Part shown: positions 29,558 to 40,374 of the stretch, piece after piece
Layout: the number at the start of each line of letters is the position of its first letter
Numbering within the stretch: position 1 is the first letter of the stretch
Source of the DNA: Candidatus Bathyarchaeota archaeon
GTDB taxonomy: Archaea > Thermoproteota > Bathyarchaeia > Bathyarchaeales > Bathycorpusculaceae
DNA: 64,000 nucleotides
Assembly (NCBI GenBank): GCA_963780185.1
Contig: CAWABA010000007.1
Span: 32,001-96,000 of the forward strand
Direction: 5' to 3'
Notes under the pieces: model-generated
The model's input: the letters and a program-made list of their open reading frames with translations, nothing else
What the model was told of the DNA's origin: nothing
Databases searched by the model: none
Translations under genes and position numbers: made by a program

Positions 29558-30769
29558 TTGGGCGTCAAAGTGACAAGCAGAGCTTCAAACATCGAGTACG
29601 CAATCAGAGACGTAATAGAACACACTACGCAGTTGGTAAAAGACGGCAGAAAAATCTATTACCTCAACATCGGCGACCCTGCAGCATTCGACTTTAAGAC
29701 TCCCCAAAACGTTAAAGACGCCCTTTGCGCGGCAGTACAAAAAGACGATAATTACTATTCACCCTCAGAGGGTCGGCTTGACTTAAGAGAAGCCATCGTG
29801 AGGAAAGAGAAAAAAGTCAACAACGTTGACATCACGGCAGATAAAGTGCTCGTGACCGAGGGTATTTCTGAAGGCATCCAGATGATTCTCGGAGCCTTAG
29901 TTGAAAAAGGCGACGAAATCCTTTTCCCAGGCCCAACTTACCCGCCTTACATTTCCTACACAAGGTTCTTCGACGGGACACCTGTCTCATATGAAACAAC
30001 CGAAGAGAAAGGTTGGCACCCAAACATTGACGATCTTAGAAGCAAAATCAACAAGAAAACCCGCGCCATCGTCATGATTAATCCCAATAACCCGACAGGT
30101 TCAGTTTACGACAGGAAAGAAATCACCCAAATACTCGACATAGCGGGAGAACATGACCTGCCAGTTATATGCGACGAAATCTACGATCAATTAACATATG
30201 AGAAGAAATTCTTCAGCGCTGCCTACCTCTCTAAGGATGTGCCAGTCATCGGGTTGAATGGGTTCTCGAAAGTTTATCAGATGACGGGTCTGCGGCTTGG
30301 CTACATGTACTTCAAGGGGGAAGGCGCAAAGCTTCAGGCACTCAAAGACGGCGTGGAGAAAGAGTGCCGAATCAGAATTTGCGCAAACACACCTGTGCAG
30401 ATAGCGGCGAATGCCGCGTTAACTGGACCGCAAGGGTTGGTTAAGGACACGGTTGAGCGTCTCAAGCAACGAAGAGACTTCGCGTGGAAACGCCTCAACG
30501 AAATCGAAGGCATAAGCACAACCAAACCTGAAGGCGCATTTTACATTTTCCCGAAGGTCCACGGCGTCGGCACAACATGGAAAACCGACATGGACTTCGT
30601 CGTTGACCTGCTAAAGGCAACAGGCGTACTCATAGTCAACGGTTCAGGCTTTGACCCAGTCTATGGCAAAGGACATGCCCGAATAGTTTTTCTGCCGCCG
30701 ATAGCTGAGCTGGAACAAGCCTTCGACGCATTGGAAGGGTTCATGAAGAAAAACAAAAGCAAAAAATAA
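29558..30769 (+). CDS. class I/II PLP aminotransferase (alanine aminotransferase-like)
   Basis: YAIR, LNIGDP, INPNNPTG, DEIYD, GFSK.Y...G.RLG. Confidence 0.9.
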   Translation: MGVKVTSRASNIEYAIRDVIEHTTQLVKDGRKIYYLNIGDPAAFDFKTPQNVKDALCAAVQKDDNYYSPSEGRLDLREAIVRKEKKVNNVDITADKVLVTEGISEGIQMILGALVEKGDEILFPGPTYPPYISYTRFFDGTPVSYETTEEKGWHPNIDDLRSKINKKTRAIVMINPNNPTGSVYDRKEITQILDIAGEHDLPVICDEIYDQLTYEKKFFSAAYLSKDVPVIGLNGFSKVYQMTGLRLGYMYFKGEGAKLQALKDGVEKECRIRICANTPVQIAANAALTGPQGLVKDTVERLKQRRDFAWKRLNEIEGISTTKPEGAFYIFPKVHGVGTTWKTDMDFVVDLLKATGVLIVNGSGFDPVYGKGHARIVFLPPIAELEQAFDALEGFMKKNKSKK

Positions 30770-30966
30770 AATCCTGCGAATCAAATCACCACATATTTTT
30801 TGGGGATTTATTTTTTCAGGCTGGATTCATTTCTTTGTCAGTTAAGTTTGTGCTCAAAAGTTGCACTCTTGAAAACAAGAATCTGTGCTATCGCACCGTT
30901 CTTCTATAGAATTAGGCTTCAATCTTTTTAGTATGAAATTGGGAAGTGAGCGGTTTAGACAATTAA

Positions 30967-31191
30967 TTAAGCGTTAATTTCTATCTGTTTTTCGCCGGCT
31001 TTCGCTTTGATTATCGTGGACAAGAGGTTGCCCATAAATTTGCTTGCGTTTAGAATTTCAATTTCCGCCGGTTTTCCCTTATCATCAAAGTTAACTATGA
31101 CAGCTCCATGTTCTTCGGCGTACGCTATTTGCTTCTTGCTTAAAACAATGCTTAGCGTATCGCCTACGCCGTCATAAGTTACCTTATTCAT
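30967..31191 (-). CDS. DUF2283-domain protein (putative antitoxin)
   Basis: YD...D.L.I.L, D..G....IEILNAS. Confidence 0.82.
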   Translation of the reverse strand: MNKVTYDGVGDTLSIVLSKKQIAYAEEHGAVIVNFDDKGKPAEIEILNASKFMGNLLSTIIKAKAGEKQIEINA

Positions 31192-31453
31192 ATCGCTGCC
31201 TCTTAGCTGGATATAACGTAATCACCAAGATGCTATTATCCGTTTCTTCGTAAATAACTCTAAGTAAAAGCTCATCTGTAAGAGAAGATTGAGCGATTTT
31301 TCTGCCAAAATACCCTGAAATTAGACTTTCGGGCTGTTTGATTGTTTTGATGGCGTTGTCTGCGGTGACTCCTATTAGAACTAATCTTTTCAGTTTCTCT
31401 TTGGCGTGAGGAGAAAGGGCGATTGGCTTTTCTTTCTCATTCTTGGCGCTCAT
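31184..31453 (-). CDS. DUF4258-domain protein (putative RelE-like toxin)
   Basis: S.HAKE, I..P, LRVIYEE....I.VIT.YP; overlaps the DUF2283 gene. Confidence 0.78.
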   Translation of the reverse strand: MSAKNEKEKPIALSPHAKEKLKRLVLIGVTADNAIKTIKQPESLISGYFGRKIAQSSLTDELLLRVIYEETDNSILVITLYPAKRQRYE

Positions 31454-31795
31454 CTTGGTGTTGCCTTTTTAGAGTGTGCTGATTTCTTTTAACGTTTTTA
31501 CCTATAAGAACTTTTAAATAGGCTAGCCAGCGGTGGGTCCTAAAATATTTTTAAGGAATCATGTAATGGAAAAGGGGATTTAATTTGTAGCCCGATGATG
31601 CTCAGGATTCGACCCCTTCTACGGCAAGGGACACGCAAGGGTTGTTTTCCCGCCGCCCATCGCGAGCTGGAAGGATTCATGAAGAAAAGCAAAGCCGCGA
31701 AAAAAGCGTAGATTGCCGCGGCAACAGTTCCAAGATGCGGACGGTTCAATTTCCCGCCCTGCTCCAAATCTCAAATTTCGAAATTTTTTGAAGCA

Positions 31796-32662
31796 TCAGA
31801 TTGTGATGAGCACGACGCCAAGAACGGTTAGGGCTATGCTTGCAGCCAACTTGACGGATACGTGCTCGACTTCTTTGAGGTAGAAGTAGGCGAAAGCCAC
31901 GACGAAAAGAGGCTCAACCGCCAGCAACGGCGTCGTGATAGAGATTGTGCCGACGCTCAACGCGTAGAAAGCAAGTAACCAGCTGACGGCTTGACCCACG
32001 CCCGCCGCCCAAAACCATCGGGTATCCCTCTTCAGTGACAAGGCTCGGCGGGTTGGCTCATGAACTGCCAGCGCCAGCAAATAGGGCATGAGCGAGAAGA
32101 CGTAGGCTACGGCGACTCCCAAGATGGGTGTAGGTGAAACGTCTAAGGCGAGTTTGCGGAAGACTGTTGCTCCGCCCAGCATTACGCCTCCTAAGACTGG
32201 AGCAACCAACACCCTCCATCCGACTTGCCCATGACCGTTTTTGCCATTAATGGACAGCTCGATGAGGATTATTCCAGCGATTATGGCTGCTATCCCAACA
32301 TAATTCCAGATGGTAACCACTTCGTTGAGGAGAAAAACAGCGGGCAGAAGAGCATAGAACGGGTAGACGGCGAATATGGAAGAGTTAACCGACGCGCCGA
32401 GATCTTTCAAACCCTTATAGTAAAAGAGCCGTACGAGCCCTGGTGAGAGGAGCCCGCTGACCGCAAACAGCCCAAAACCCACAAGCGTCAAATCTCCAAA
32501 TCGCCCTTCTGCAAAGGTGAGAGGCCAAAGCAGGAGCATACCTACGGCGGTTATTATGAGGCTCATGTTGAAGACGCTGGATCCTGCAGAGTGCCGTCTG
32601 ACTGAGACAACGCTTATGCCTGATGCCGCAGCGGAAAGCAGAGCCAGCACTTCACCCAACAT
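31796..32662 (-). CDS. DMT/EamA-family transporter
   Basis: About 10 TM helices in two EamA repeats. Confidence 0.88.
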   Translation of the reverse strand: MLGEVLALLSAAASGISVVSVRRHSAGSSVFNMSLIITAVGMLLLWPLTFAEGRFGDLTLVGFGLFAVSGLLSPGLVRLFYYKGLKDLGASVNSSIFAVYPFYALLPAVFLLNEVVTIWNYVGIAAIIAGIILIELSINGKNGHGQVGWRVLVAPVLGGVMLGGATVFRKLALDVSPTPILGVAVAYVFSLMPYLLALAVHEPTRRALSLKRDTRWFWAAGVGQAVSWLLAFYALSVGTISITTPLLAVEPLFVVAFAYFYLKEVEHVSVKLAASIALTVLGVVLITI

Positions 32663-32770
32663 GATGCCTTTTCATTTCGGCGTGGGAACTATTTAAAATA
32701 AATCCTAAAATCATTCTTAATATAGAGTTTAAGGTGAAATAGGCACAGAGCCAAGTTGGAGATATACGTA

Positions 32771-32938
32771 ATGAAGAAAAAAGGCAGCGTAGACGTCAGT
32801 GAAGCAGAAACTTTTGCGTCTTATGATGAGAAACTGAGAAAGAAGTACGGTGACAACTGGTTAGGCAGAGGCAAATGCACTGGACTTGAGTTTAAACGTT
32901 GGTTGGCTCTACGGGACAACATGACAGAAATCCCGTGA
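32771..32938 (+). CDS. small hypothetical protein
   Basis: MKKKGSVD...RWLALRDNMTEIP with GGAG upstream and an AT-rich promoter. Confidence 0.45.
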   Translation: MKKKGSVDVSEAETFASYDEKLRKKYGDNWLGRGKCTGLEFKRWLALRDNMTEIP

Positions 32939-33008
32939 TACAGGCGCGCAATAGAAAAGAAGAGCTTTGCGGCGCATTGGCAAAGTCAAGACCAAACCCG
33001 CAAACACC

Positions 33009-33042
33009 TTCAAGCCGTAAACCAAAAAAGCAACCTAAAACA
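33009..33042 (+). repeat. 34-bp dispersed repeat, copy A
   Basis: TTCAAGCCGTAAACCAAAAAAGCAACCTAAAACA; 32/34 identical to 42884-42917. Confidence 0.7.
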
Positions 33043-33129
33043 AGCCCCAAGCAGAAGCCGCCTACCGAAGGAGGGGGTCTACTATTTACATCAAATTTCC
33101 AAAGTAAAAATGGGTTGGGAAAAGGGGGT

Positions 33130-34014
33130 TTAGACTTTTGTGCCCTGCGTTGGGTCTTCGATGACTTTCTGGAACTCCGCCATCAGCTTCTTCGTGATGG
33201 GTCCAGGTTTGCCTGTGCTGATTTGCCGTTTGTTAACTTCGCGTATGGGCACCATCTCCATGGCTGTTCCCGTGAAGAAAGCTTCGTCAGCGGTGAAAAT
33301 CATGAAGGGCGTCAGGTTGGTAACTGTCAGTTTAATGCCGAGTTTAGCAGCAAGCTTGCTTACAACGTCAGCGGTGATGCCTGCAAGCGCTCCAATCGAG
33401 GTCGGAGGAGTCAACAACTCGTCGTTCTTGACGATGAATACGTTTTCGCCTACGCCTTCAGCCACGCACCCGTTGCTTTCAAGGCAGAGCGCCTCGTCTA
33501 CGCCGCATGCGTTGGCTTCGATCTTTGCGAGGATGCTGTTGAGGTAGTTGAGTGATTTTATTTCGGCTGAGGTTGAATCTACTGTGTTTCGTCTGACCCA
33601 GGAGAACATGGTTGTTATGCCTGTTTCTTTGGCGTTGCCTGCTCTGATGGAGATTGTGCCGGTGATTATGACGACGGTTGGTTTGGGGCATTTACGTGGG
33701 TCTAAGCCTAAGTCTCCGACGCCTCTGCTTACGACTAAGCGTATGTAGGAGTCTTTCATCTTGTTTTTCCGCAGGGTTTCAACTACGGCTTTAGTCATTT
33801 CTTCTTTGGTTAACGGTATGTCTAAGGTTATGGCGTGGGCTGAGTGGTAAAGGCGGTCAATATGCTCTTTAAGCTTGAAGACAACCCCGTTGTATTCTCG
33901 GATGCCTTCGAAAACTCCGTCGCCGTACAGGAACCCGTGGTCAAACACTGAGATTTTAGCCTGCGACTTAGGGTAATATTGCCCATCGATGTAAACTATT
34001 AATTCGCTGCTCAT
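33130..34014 (-). CDS. ilvE: branched-chain amino acid aminotransferase
   Basis: DHGFLYGDGVFEGIR, KSLNYLN, EG.GENVF, LAGIT, TGTA.E. Confidence 0.95.
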   Translation of the reverse strand: MSSELIVYIDGQYYPKSQAKISVFDHGFLYGDGVFEGIREYNGVVFKLKEHIDRLYHSAHAITLDIPLTKEEMTKAVVETLRKNKMKDSYIRLVVSRGVGDLGLDPRKCPKPTVVIITGTISIRAGNAKETGITTMFSWVRRNTVDSTSAEIKSLNYLNSILAKIEANACGVDEALCLESNGCVAEGVGENVFIVKNDELLTPPTSIGALAGITADVVSKLAAKLGIKLTVTNLTPFMIFTADEAFFTGTAMEMVPIREVNKRQISTGKPGPITKKLMAEFQKVIEDPTQGTKV

Positions 34015-34094
34015 CTAACTTCACTCTTCAACGATGTTTCATATCATTCGATTGTTTGATATAGTTTATGCAGATGATACATGTATTTCGTTTG

Positions 34095-35993
34095 TCAACC
34101 ATGGAACTGCGGACGCTTCGAAAGATACAGAGGCAACGGCAAAGCCTTGAACGGTTTACCAGCGATTTTCTCTGAAACCTTAGCTATCAACTCGTCAACA
34201 GTCATGTTTTGCTGCTGACCCTTAAGTCCACGTTCCCTAACCGACAGGCTTTTTGACTCGATTTCTTTCTCGCCGACAACAATTATGTAGGGCACCCACT
34301 CCTGCTCGCCTTCACGGATCTTCTTCTGCAAGGTAGCGGCGCTGTCATCTATGTCCACACGGATGCAATGAGACGCGATCTGTCCAGCAAGCTCCTCAAC
34401 TTTATCCATGTACTTGTCAGATATCGGGATAAGCCGAACCTGAGTCGGAGAAAGCCACAGGGGCAGCATCGGCGCTTTGCCAGTCATTTGTTCCCGGTAA
34501 GCCTTCTCAAGCAACGCGTATATGTCCCGTTCGATGGCGCCGCTTGGGCTGCAATGCAGGATCAGCGGGTACTGTTTTTCGCCTTTTTCGTCAACGTAGG
34601 TTATTTCGTAGCGTTTAGCGTTTTCAACGTCGATTTGGTCGGTGCTAAGGGCGGCGGCTTTGTCTTGGTTATCCACGAAGTTGAGGTCCCATTTGAGGAC
34701 AAAATAGAAGAACCGTTCGTTCCACACTTCAGCCAGCATCGGCTTGCCGAAAGCCTTCACGATTTCAGTTATAAACTCTCTATGCTCATCATAGAAGCCT
34801 TTTGTGAAACGCATAGCAACCTCATAATCATCCTTGACAAGCCCAATGTCGTTTAAGACATCTATACAGAGGTTAAAGCGCACCATGAATTCCTTCTTTG
34901 CCTGATCTAGGTCAGCGCACAGGGCGTGGCAATCTGGCATCGTGAACGCTCTGAGGCGTTTCAAACCGACGACCTCGCCGCTTTTCTCGCGCCTAAAGCT
35001 GTAACGCGTCAACTCGTACAATTTGATAGGCAACTGCTTGTAGCTTATCTGGGCGTCGTGTGCCATGAGAAACTGCCCGAAGCACGCGGCAAAGCGTAGG
35101 AAGAGCTCTTTGTCTTCCGATTTAAGCGTGTATTGGCGGGCAGGGAAACGGTTGAGGTAGCTGGCTAGGCTTGGATGGTTGAAGTCGTACATGATGGGGG
35201 TTTCAACTTCCATGCCGCCGTAAGCAGCCACCCGCGCAGTAACATACTGCTCAAGAAGCGACTTTATCATGCGTCCTTTCGGGTACCAACGGATGTTTCC
35301 AGGGTCGCTTCCCGGCTCATAATCAGCTATCTCCAGCCTTTTCATCAAGGTTACATGCGGAGGCATCACAGTCACCGCCCTCGCCTTCTTAATCTCGTAC
35401 TGCGAAAACTTCTGCAGGTTAACATGACCTTTGAACTTGAACTCCTCGACTGGCACCAGTAAACCGTCAGGCATCAGAACATGCCAGAACGACTTCATCT
35501 TCTCCTCGGCTTTAAGCGCCGCAGAAACTGGCTCCTCCTCTTTCTTGCAAACCTCTTCCGTCTTGCCCTCTGTCGCAACTGCTGCGGGTCCGTAGCTGCG
35601 TGCCTGCTCGGCAAGCGGATGCCCCTTAATGGCGATGGTGAATTGTTTGTTCCATCCGAAGGGAGCCCGATAGGTTTCGATGCCTTTCTGTTTTGCGTAG
35701 GCTTCCATGTCTTTTACGATTTTTAGGGCTTGGCTTGGATTGCTTAGGTTGCTGCTCAAGTGGGCGAATGGGTAAATGAGGATTCGGTTAGTTTTTTGTT
35801 TGCCCAAAAAGGCGCGTACGTCATCTATGGCTTTCTGCGCTACCGCGCCGTTGTCGCCTTCTTCAACCGCCGTGAAGAGCACGACGACTTCTTCAATGCG
35901 GTTTTCTTTTTGCTCCGCGTCTTCAGCGAGGGCGATTTCTTTTTGGATAGGTTTGAAAACTATAAAGTCAGAATGTAACTGAAGTATTCGCAT
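34095..35993 (-). CDS. thrS: threonine--tRNA ligase (archaeal editing domain)
   Basis: YPFAHLS, APFGW.K, KGHPLAE, RFAACFG, RLRAFTMPD, HCSPSG.IER. Confidence 0.97.
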   Translation of the reverse strand: MRILQLHSDFIVFKPIQKEIALAEDAEQKENRIEEVVVLFTAVEEGDNGAVAQKAIDDVRAFLGKQKTNRILIYPFAHLSSNLSNPSQALKIVKDMEAYAKQKGIETYRAPFGWNKQFTIAIKGHPLAEQARSYGPAAVATEGKTEEVCKKEEEPVSAALKAEEKMKSFWHVLMPDGLLVPVEEFKFKGHVNLQKFSQYEIKKARAVTVMPPHVTLMKRLEIADYEPGSDPGNIRWYPKGRMIKSLLEQYVTARVAAYGGMEVETPIMYDFNHPSLASYLNRFPARQYTLKSEDKELFLRFAACFGQFLMAHDAQISYKQLPIKLYELTRYSFRREKSGEVVGLKRLRAFTMPDCHALCADLDQAKKEFMVRFNLCIDVLNDIGLVKDDYEVAMRFTKGFYDEHREFITEIVKAFGKPMLAEVWNERFFYFVLKWDLNFVDNQDKAAALSTDQIDVENAKRYEITYVDEKGEKQYPLILHCSPSGAIERDIYALLEKAYREQMTGKAPMLPLWLSPTQVRLIPISDKYMDKVEELAGQIASHCIRVDIDDSAATLQKKIREGEQEWVPYIIVVGEKEIESKSLSVRERGLKGQQQNMTVDELIAKVSEKIAGKPFKALPLPLYLSKRPQFHG

Positions 35994-36007
35994 GGCAACT
36001 CACTCTT

Positions 36008-36223
36008 TTAGTGACCCCAACGCCACTTGTCAAGGGTCTTATCCTTTTTGGTTTTCTTCTTAAATTCTTTGTAGTGCTCTTTGCAGATGAAAGCGCGTTT
36101 TTCGTCGCTGCTAACCTTTAAGCCAGCAGCCTTGACTTTGTCAGCTGTGATAGAGCGAGCAGCTTCTCTGCTACAGCCTGATATACTACATTTTACTCCT
36201 TTTTCTATGCGACCCACAGTCAA
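36008..36223 (-). CDS. small basic Zn-finger-like protein
   Basis: CSISGC...C..HY; in an operon with thrS. Confidence 0.7.
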   Translation of the reverse strand: MTVGRIEKGVKCSISGCSREAARSITADKVKAAGLKVSSDEKRAFICKEHYKEFKKKTKKDKTLDKWRWGH

Positions 36224-36257
36224 GCCTCAGTACGCTGTTTTTATGCTGTAATGTGCG

Positions 36258-37181
36258 CTATTGCTTAAGTTCCTTTTCATACAAAACCTTGGCTCTCTGG
36301 TAAATTTCTTCTTTCTTGCCAAAGTAAGTGGGACCTATCCCTTCGACGACAACCGAAGCAGCAGCTGAACCGACGCAGGCACACCATATTGACTCTTTCT
36401 GCCGTAGGTACTCAGTTAAGAAGCCGCCGATGAAAACGTCTCCTGCTCCTGTTGGGTCGACAAGAACTTGTGAAGGGCAGGCTGCGATGTTGAATTGTGC
36501 GCCTTCAACGGATAGCACTGCTCCTTTAGCGCCCAACGTGACTATGACGGTTCCGACGCCGAAGTCGTGAACAGTTTTAATTGCCGCTTTAAGGTCAGCT
36601 TGACCTGTTAACGCTAAGATTTCTGATTGGGAAGACTTGTAGATGTTGATTAAGCTCAGTATTCGTTTGTCAAACGAAGCGTTTTCCGCGACGTTTCCAG
36701 CTTCGTCGAAGCTTCGAAGCAAACCCTGAGGGTCCAACGACAGGACATTGGCACATTGCTTGAGATGCTCAATCACTTCGAAGGATACTTCGTTGGCGAT
36801 TGGCGCGACATGAATTGCCTTAGCCTTAAAATACTCTGGCAAATCGGTTAGCTCTATTGGAGCGCCCTTACCCTTCAAACTCAACGCTCGCTCAGACAAG
36901 TCTTTACTGTAGCCCAGCTCAAAGCTTGTTGAAGGTTGATCTGCCTTTTTAACCACGCCTGAAAGATCGACGCCTTCCTGCCTTAGCCACCAGAGATACG
37001 CTTCTGGAAAGTTCCCGCCGACCTTCGAAATGACTGAAGCCGATGCGTCTAGGCGTTTAACGGCAAGTGAAGTGTAGGCTGCGGCTCCTCCTAAAACAGT
37101 AAACGGGGCTGTTCTGCTGGGCAGCAAAATTCTATCGATCGATAGATGACCGATAACTGCTACATCGACGTTTTGAAGCAC
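36258..37181 (-). CDS. PfkB-family carbohydrate kinase
   Basis: GG...Y, DPQG, VTLG.KG, DPTGAGD.F. Confidence 0.92.
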   Translation of the reverse strand: MLQNVDVAVIGHLSIDRILLPSRTAPFTVLGGAAAYTSLAVKRLDASASVISKVGGNFPEAYLWWLRQEGVDLSGVVKKADQPSTSFELGYSKDLSERALSLKGKGAPIELTDLPEYFKAKAIHVAPIANEVSFEVIEHLKQCANVLSLDPQGLLRSFDEAGNVAENASFDKRILSLINIYKSSQSEILALTGQADLKAAIKTVHDFGVGTVIVTLGAKGAVLSVEGAQFNIAACPSQVLVDPTGAGDVFIGGFLTEYLRQKESIWCACVGSAAASVVVEGIGPTYFGKKEEIYQRAKVLYEKELKQ

Positions 37182-37239
37182 ACCCTAAAGCCCCTTCAAG
37201 TTAGTATGTGGTCAACCAAGATATAAACAACTTTTACAG

Positions 37240-37605
37240 TTACGATTGAAGCAGAAGTATAGCCTTCGCCAAATCGCCTTGGCATTCCTCAAGGGCTTCT
37301 TTTGCCTTCTCTAAGCTTTTGCCAGTCTGATCCGCCACCAATCTTACGTCTTCCTCAGAAAACGTTGACTGCGCCGCCTTTGCCGATTGACGTTGAGAGG
37401 GGGCTTGTTCTGAAACTTCGCCGCCGATGACCTGATACATTTTTTGGCCCTGCACCTCTAAAATAGCCACTTGAGGCTCGTCGATAACGATGTCTTTGGT
37501 GTTTGTTCTGATTATGACTTGCTGAACATCTGGGACAGAATCCATGTTCATGCCCATTCGCTGCATCATGCGTCTTTGCTCTCTAGGATTCATGCGCTTA
37601 TTCAC
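37240..37605 (-). CDS. nac: nascent polypeptide-associated complex protein
   Basis: MNPR...RMMQRMG, C-terminal UBA-like EEDV.LVA.QTG...GDLA.AIL. Confidence 0.93.
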   Translation of the reverse strand: MNKRMNPREQRRMMQRMGMNMDSVPDVQQVIIRTNTKDIVIDEPQVAILEVQGQKMYQVIGGEVSEQAPSQRQSAKAAQSTFSEEDVRLVADQTGKSLEKAKEALEECQGDLAKAILLLQS

Positions 37606-37784
37606 TGATCTTCACTTCCCAGAACTATCTGCAGTAGAACTTGATATAAACTTTAACTTTCTCTGCGGCTTCTTTTGGGTAATTTCGTCTTTAAATCGGT
37701 TTTTTAGGCAAGATTAAAAAACGAATTCAGGATAAATAGGTCTCTTTAGCGGGAAAGGGCAGGGAAAGAAAGGGGCGATTTTGA

Positions 37785-39278
37785 TTGGGCGAGAAAAAGA
37801 GTATACACAGGAAATTTGCCTTGACAGTTGGGGTTATATGTATAATTCTAACTGTTTTGTTCACCGGGATATTTCAAGGGGAAATTGGAAGTCTTCAAAG
37901 TCAAATTTCGTCCGATAAATCAACAATTAGTTCTCTGAAATCGTCAATTACAAAAATGAATTCAACCATGTTAAACATGGAGGGACAACTCTCGTTAGAT
38001 CCAAATAGAATCATCAATGGATTTAGCATTGTCCAGATTACGGACACGCAGTTTCTCAGCGATTTGTATCCAAAATTGTACGACGGGTTGACCAGTTGGA
38101 TTGTGGATAAAGCGAACCCGCTAAATCTTACGATGGTTGTCCACACGGGCGACATCGTTCAAGTTGCTAATTCAACACGTGATTGGCAAAATGCCAACAA
38201 AGCCACGGTGATTCTTCTCAATAATGGAATTCCATACTGTTGGGATGCTGGCAACCATGACCAGAATGACGTTAACAAAACAGTTGGAAGTGGAAGCCCC
38301 GACGGTTCATGGCATGGCGGAAGCTACTCTGCCTTCAACGTTGACGCTATGAGGCAGAAGCCTTACTGGCTGGCAGATATCTATGATGGAAAAAACACAG
38401 CTGCCCAGTTCAATTACGGAAACTACCATTTCATAGTCATCAACATCGAATACAACGCAAACCAAACCGTCCTGGCTTGGATGCAAACCCTTATCAAAAC
38501 CAACCCAAACACAAACGTGATCATAGCGACTCATAATTTTCTTAACGGAGCTGGAAATTATGGAACTTCAAAGGCTGCAGATAAAACCTGGGGTTACAAC
38601 TTTGAAAAACTGCTGGGCAACTACCCGAGCGTTTTCATGACCCTAAACGGGCACTGCGCTGACCAAGGCACGGGTACGGCATTCAACAAGAAAGTAGGGA
38701 ACAGAGAAGAGGTTTTCTTCAACAGACAAAATTTGGCTAATGGCCAAGGTGCAGCATGCGCAAGAATCTACACTTTCGAAATGAGCAATACGCGAAACGT
38801 GATGATAAAAGTTTACACATATCAAACCTACGATAACCCAGGTTACATAGGCGACAGGTTAGATCAGTTCAATTTTACTGCCAGCCTCGAGCCTTACGTG
38901 CCTGCGACCGTTGACGTTGCGAAAGGCACAGGGTTTTTGGGGGCAAACGGTTTCAAAGTCGGCTTTGCATCGTCAGCGACTTTGACGGGCTTTCGTCAGA
39001 ACGGTAACTCGCTTACGTTCAGGGATTTGAATTTGAACGGAGCCACTTCAAACTTCACGTTCACCGCATCAGGCGCAGATATAACGATAGAAAAATATGA
39101 CGTTACTAGCGGGATAAGCTACACAGTCAGCGGAACTGGAAGCCAAACCTTCTCGCTAAACACGGCTCCGCTTTCAGTTGACATAGACGGCAAACAGACT
39201 TCCAAAGGCTGGACATACTCAAAAGGAGAAGTGACAGTTACACACGCCACGTCTTCAGTGAAGGTAAACCTGCATTAA
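37785..39278 (+). CDS. membrane-anchored calcineurin-like metallophosphoesterase
   Basis: TM segment, DTQ, HTGDIV, AGNHD, ATH, NGH. Confidence 0.82.
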   Translation: MGEKKSIHRKFALTVGVICIILTVLFTGIFQGEIGSLQSQISSDKSTISSLKSSITKMNSTMLNMEGQLSLDPNRIINGFSIVQITDTQFLSDLYPKLYDGLTSWIVDKANPLNLTMVVHTGDIVQVANSTRDWQNANKATVILLNNGIPYCWDAGNHDQNDVNKTVGSGSPDGSWHGGSYSAFNVDAMRQKPYWLADIYDGKNTAAQFNYGNYHFIVINIEYNANQTVLAWMQTLIKTNPNTNVIIATHNFLNGAGNYGTSKAADKTWGYNFEKLLGNYPSVFMTLNGHCADQGTGTAFNKKVGNREEVFFNRQNLANGQGAACARIYTFEMSNTRNVMIKVYTYQTYDNPGYIGDRLDQFNFTASLEPYVPATVDVAKGTGFLGANGFKVGFASSATLTGFRQNGNSLTFRDLNLNGATSNFTFTASGADITIEKYDVTSGISYTVSGTGSQTFSLNTAPLSVDIDGKQTSKGWTYSKGEVTVTHATSSVKVNLH

Positions 39279-39292
39279 ACTGGAGAAATCAA

Positions 39293-39757
39293 CTACTTTT
39301 CTGTTCCATGCCGCACCTTAACTGCGACACCACTCTTAAAAGCAGTAATCTCCACGCTCGAAAGCATAGCTTTCCCAACAGCCAAAACGCCCCTTTCTTC
39401 ATCAACTACAATTACCTCGTCGCTGGCACGGATTTCAGGGTCCACCTTCGAGACGTGAACTGCGAAAACGTCTCCGCCCGCGGCGATAAATTTTGAAACC
39501 TCATTTTTCACTGTGACAAAACAATGAGCAAAAGCAGCGTTTTCCGCGATGACCTTAGCGGCTTTGACGCTTAACGAAAGCAATCCGTCGGTTGGGCGAA
39601 GAGTAGCTAACCTTTCGCCGTCCAAATTGATAAAGCGTATTCTGCCTGTTCTCGGAGAATGCTCCATGCGCACATTTTCTGGAAACAACTTTGAGCCTAC
39701 GTTTTTTCCAAATTGGTAGTCGGCAATGGCTCTTATTTTTGAAAGCTCGTTCTCCAA
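39293..39757 (-). CDS. PUA-domain protein (archaeosine TGT C-terminal-like)
   Basis: ADYQFG, G.DVFA.HV, D.EIR..DEV.VV, GVAVKVR. Confidence 0.88.
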   Translation of the reverse strand: MENELSKIRAIADYQFGKNVGSKLFPENVRMEHSPRTGRIRFINLDGERLATLRPTDGLLSLSVKAAKVIAENAAFAHCFVTVKNEVSKFIAAGGDVFAVHVSKVDPEIRASDEVIVVDEERGVLAVGKAMLSSVEITAFKSGVAVKVRHGTEK

Positions 39758-39843
39758 GTGTTCACCGTCAACATGTTTTTTGGTCTTTCGACAAGTATAA
39801 AGATAACAAGATAATAAACAGTGTGAAAGGTGAAAAGCTTACA

Positions 39844-40374
39844 TTGAGATGCGAAGTCTGCGGACACAAAATCCACACTGACCCGATAACGGCAGTAATT
39901 GAAGGAGCACGACTAACGGTCTGCGTTGAATGCGCAAAACATGGAAAAATAGTCCATCAGGACGAAATTGTCCTTCCAAAGCAAGCTACCCAAAAGAAAC
40001 CGCAGGGATCTGTAGCTTTAGTCCAAAAGAAACCTATGGTTGCCAACGTGCAAATCACCCAGGAACTCACTCAAGACTACGCGAACATGATAAGGGTGGC
40101 AAGGGAAAAACTAGCGTTAACCCATGAGGAATTGGGCAAGAAAATAAATGAAAAAGCCTCCGTTTTAAGGAACCTTGAAACAGGCAAGATGGAGCCGAAC
40201 AACCAGCTTGCCTCAAAGCTTGAACATATGTTAAAAATCAAGCTGCTTATCCCGATCTCAGAAGAAAAAGCTGTTCAGATGCCTAAGTCCGGGAACCAAG
40301 AAATGACTTTAGGCGACCTCATCGAAATAGACGAGAAAGACGCGGAGGCGGCTGCAGAACGAAAGCCGTCATAG
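39844..40374 (+). CDS. multiprotein bridging factor aMBF1
   Basis: CEVCG..C.ECAKHG Zn ribbon plus HTH, TLGD; TTG start. Confidence 0.92.
   Translation: MRCEVCGHKIHTDPITAVIEGARLTVCVECAKHGKIVHQDEIVLPKQATQKKPQGSVALVQKKPMVANVQITQELTQDYANMIRVAREKLALTHEELGKKINEKASVLRNLETGKMEPNNQLASKLEHMLKIKLLIPISEEKAVQMPKSGNQEMTLGDLIEIDEKDAEAAAERKPS

Noticed and set aside
31560-31770. Possible structured RNA (GGATTCGACCCC T-loop-like sequence, CCCTT/AAGGG hairpin)
   Set aside because: Could not be folded into a tRNA, C/D box RNA or known ribozyme; needs an Infernal/Rfam search
32899-33555. 218-aa plus-strand ORF
   Set aside because: Made of a low-complexity intergenic repeat plus the antisense strand of ilvE
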